NCBI RefSeq assembly: GCF_001447785.1
Contig: NW_015161963.1
Coordinates: 1-64,000, forward strand
From: Gekko japonicus
Lineage: Eukaryota
Direction: 5' to 3'
Length of the DNA: 64,000 nucleotides
Of the stretch, positions 61,079 through 64,000 are shown in pieces. Numbering within the stretch: the stretch's first letter is position 1; the number at the start of each line of letters is the position of its first letter. The notes under the pieces were generated by a model that saw only the letters and a list, made by a program, of their open reading frames with translations, was not told the DNA's origin and did no database searches. The translations under genes and the position numbers were made by a program.

Positions 61079-62670
61079 ATTGCTTTTAATTTAGTCATTT
61101 TGTTGTGCAATCACAAGAGCCCAGAATTTTCTGAACATGTGATCCAAGTTTCTCCTAAGACAGACAAGGGTCTCCATTTTATGAAGATGTGTGGGTGGGA
61201 GCAAAATCTCACATAAACACAATGGTGAACTCCCTCCACTGTCCCACCACAGCAAAGGGGCCAATGTCTCTTAAAAACACAGATTAAATGCGAAACTTAA
61301 GTCCTAAAAGACTTGGGTCTCTAGGGATAAGAGGCTTCGTGAGTTTTGAGCACTCAGAACAGCAAGTTCTGGCCCCCTTAATCTTCAGCAAGACCCAAGG
61401 CTAGGTTAGGAAAGAACTGCAAGAATCTACTTTGAGAAGAGAACCAAAAGCAGGTGCAGATGTCCACCTGGGTTTCCCCAAGAGCTCTGATGCTGTCTCA
61501 CAATGGGGGAGGGGAATCTGGCAAGGTCGACAATGTAGTGGATGAGCCACTTTCCCAAGGAGGATTACTACAAATGGTTCCTGCTCTTCTGAAAACAGGT
61601 ATACAAAGACACAGCCAAAACCCAGTAGGAGAACAGGCAGCAGCGTTCCAAGAGTGCAGTTTCGGCCTGATGGCAAGGGGTGGGTATGACTGACAAGGCC
61701 TGAAATGGAGGACAGAGGTAGTCACTATTGCCATGCACTGTAACTTCAAAGCTAGTGGTCCCAAATAAGAGAAATATCTCATTCCCAAGCCAGGCACAAG
61801 TTATATCAAGATGCTCAAATGCAGCAAACCAGGCTCTCGCTTACATAGCTGCCATTTCCACACCCATTATGCCACAAAGGAAACCTCCAAATGGGAAGCA
61901 CTTGGGGGGGCGCTGTTGGTATTCGAGCTGGGAGATGACCTCACCTGTTCACCCAACAGTGTACAGGGCCATTCCCATTGATGTGTGCAGCTCCGGATGA
62001 TCTCTGCCGCTGCCACCACAGCAGGGCAAGCTGAAGGGATCTGGTTCTCAGCGGTCTGTGCAGCACTTTGGAATGTGTCTTTGGCAGTATTTGCAGATGT
62101 AGTGTGAACAGGCATCAAGGAGTGGGGCAATGTGCCATGGAGAGTGTTTCTGTTTGAGCTGCCCCAACAGAGGCATTTCCCCGATTCCAAGAGGTCCAAC
62201 CAGAAGGCTAAAACTCCTGCAAGGTTTCCTACAAAATGTCTGGGGCTTTAGTCAGGCTCCGTTGGATCAGGGAAGCAGAGTGCTGGAAGCAACATTTCTG
62301 GGTTCCTGACAGTTCTACCACCTCAAACATGGTGCTTTCTTGGGCCAGAACACCCACACTTCTTCACACCTCATAGTCTATTAAAGTTCTAAGGCACCAC
62401 AGTAATAAGGTAACCCCCCCCCCCCAAGGAGGCCTCAATGGTAGTGTTTCCAATCAGTTCCAGTCAGTAACTGAAGTCCCTGGCAGGCAAGCCCCCTTCT
62501 GCTACCAGGATGTGCCACAAATCCACAGGAGAGAGCTGGAAGAAGCCAAAGTTGAGAGGAGGAGGCCAAAAACTGTGTCGGCCTCATTAATGCCCTTGGT
62601 GTAGTGTGGGAGGAGCAGTTCTTGCTTCAAAAGCTGCCATTGATGGAAAGGATGCAGAAAGTCACAAGGA

Positions 62671-62865
<195 letters not shown>

Positions 62866-63724
62866 CTAGCTATGAACAGCAAAGTAGCTCAGCTGCCCTT
62901 GGCAAGAAGGAAAGGGAAGCGCCTCCAGATCAAACTGGAAGCTAAGTTTACTATGCAAACAACAATCAGAAACAGAATGCAGCAGCACTAGGGGGCTGGC
63001 AGACATGCAAAGCGAATGGACTTTCGCTTACTCCCAAACCCAGCAACAAAATTCTTGGACCCCAAAAACTAAACTCTGCAAGGACTCTGCAGCAATCTGA
63101 GCGAATTGCACATTAACTCATGGAGTTTTTTAAAAATGCAGCCTGCAAAATGAACTGCAGATAAAGACTTCGCTCAGAAATCAATCAATATTGTGAAAAT
63201 AGAATTTGACAGGTTATACTGCTTTTGTGCTTTAAGTTCTCCTGTGACAATGAAATGTTTTACGAACACTGTCAAATGTAGACAACTACCTTCCTTTTTT
63301 AAAAAGATGGGGAAGAAAGGTAGGGCAGGAGGAATGAGCTGACCAGCAATTGGCCTGGACCAAGGAAGAATTATTAGAGCCTTGGAGCTTTTAGAAGCCC
63401 CCTCACTCATGATCTTATTTTGCAGAGCTTCCTTGCCCTCCACTGAAAGCTGCCATTGCCAGAATTAATTATGCCGGAGGCCCAAAATGACATCTAATGG
63501 TGAACACAGCAGCCAAGCACAAAGCCTGGACTACAACAAGAGAGCCTACTTGCCAAACTGGCAATGCAGTTGTGAGACAGAAATGCCTTCATCAACTGCC
63601 ATGCAACCTTTGGAGCATTATACAGTTATTTTAAAAAGGATGGTGCCTAAGAACTAAACAGCACCCAGACTCCCCTTTGTCAAAGGCATCTGCATCCCCC
63701 CATCACAGGTGGATCAAAGTCTTA

Positions 63725-63883
<159 letters not shown>

Positions 63884-64000
63884 CTAGAGAGGAGAAAGCA
63901 GAAGCAGTTAACGGGTCTTTATAAAGATCTGACAGAACTGGGATGCGGCAGTACTGCAATCTCGGATGATGGGAGGAATTAGACCAACTAGACAAAAGAA

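Overview
Eukaryotic (vertebrate) genomic DNA, most likely from a squamate reptile, possibly a gecko, judged from the repeat families. The window shows the conserved PATZ1(+) - PIK3IP1(+) - LIMK2(-) gene order. PATZ1: the 3' part of coding exon 1 (end of BTB, AT-hook, C2H2 fingers) and exons 2-5 lie at 1-39931, followed by the 3' UTR. PIK3IP1: four coding exons at 49325-56270 splice in frame to a 181-aa protein (signal peptide, stalk, TM helix, cytoplasmic tail); I could not find the two kringle-domain exons. LIMK2: the last two coding exons are on the minus strand at 62671-63883. Introns and intergenic DNA hold many hAT MITEs with 8-bp TSDs, a PIF/Harbinger MITE, tRNA- and 5S-derived SINEs, LINE fragments, and inverted Penelope-like (PLE) terminal repeats. 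Main observations: (1) apparent clean loss of the kringle module from PIK3IP1; (2) minimal type I hammerhead-ribozyme motifs in PATZ1 intron 2; (3) a dual-frame PATZ1 exon 4 whose alternative frame matches a human isoform C-terminus as I recall it; (4) GC-AG introns in both PATZ1 and PIK3IP1; (5) a recursive-splice-site-like motif in PATZ1 intron 2. Nearly all short ORFs in the supplied track are spurious. Gene identities come from recalled orthologue sequences, not a database search. There are two N gaps, at 31534-31553 and 55512-55554.
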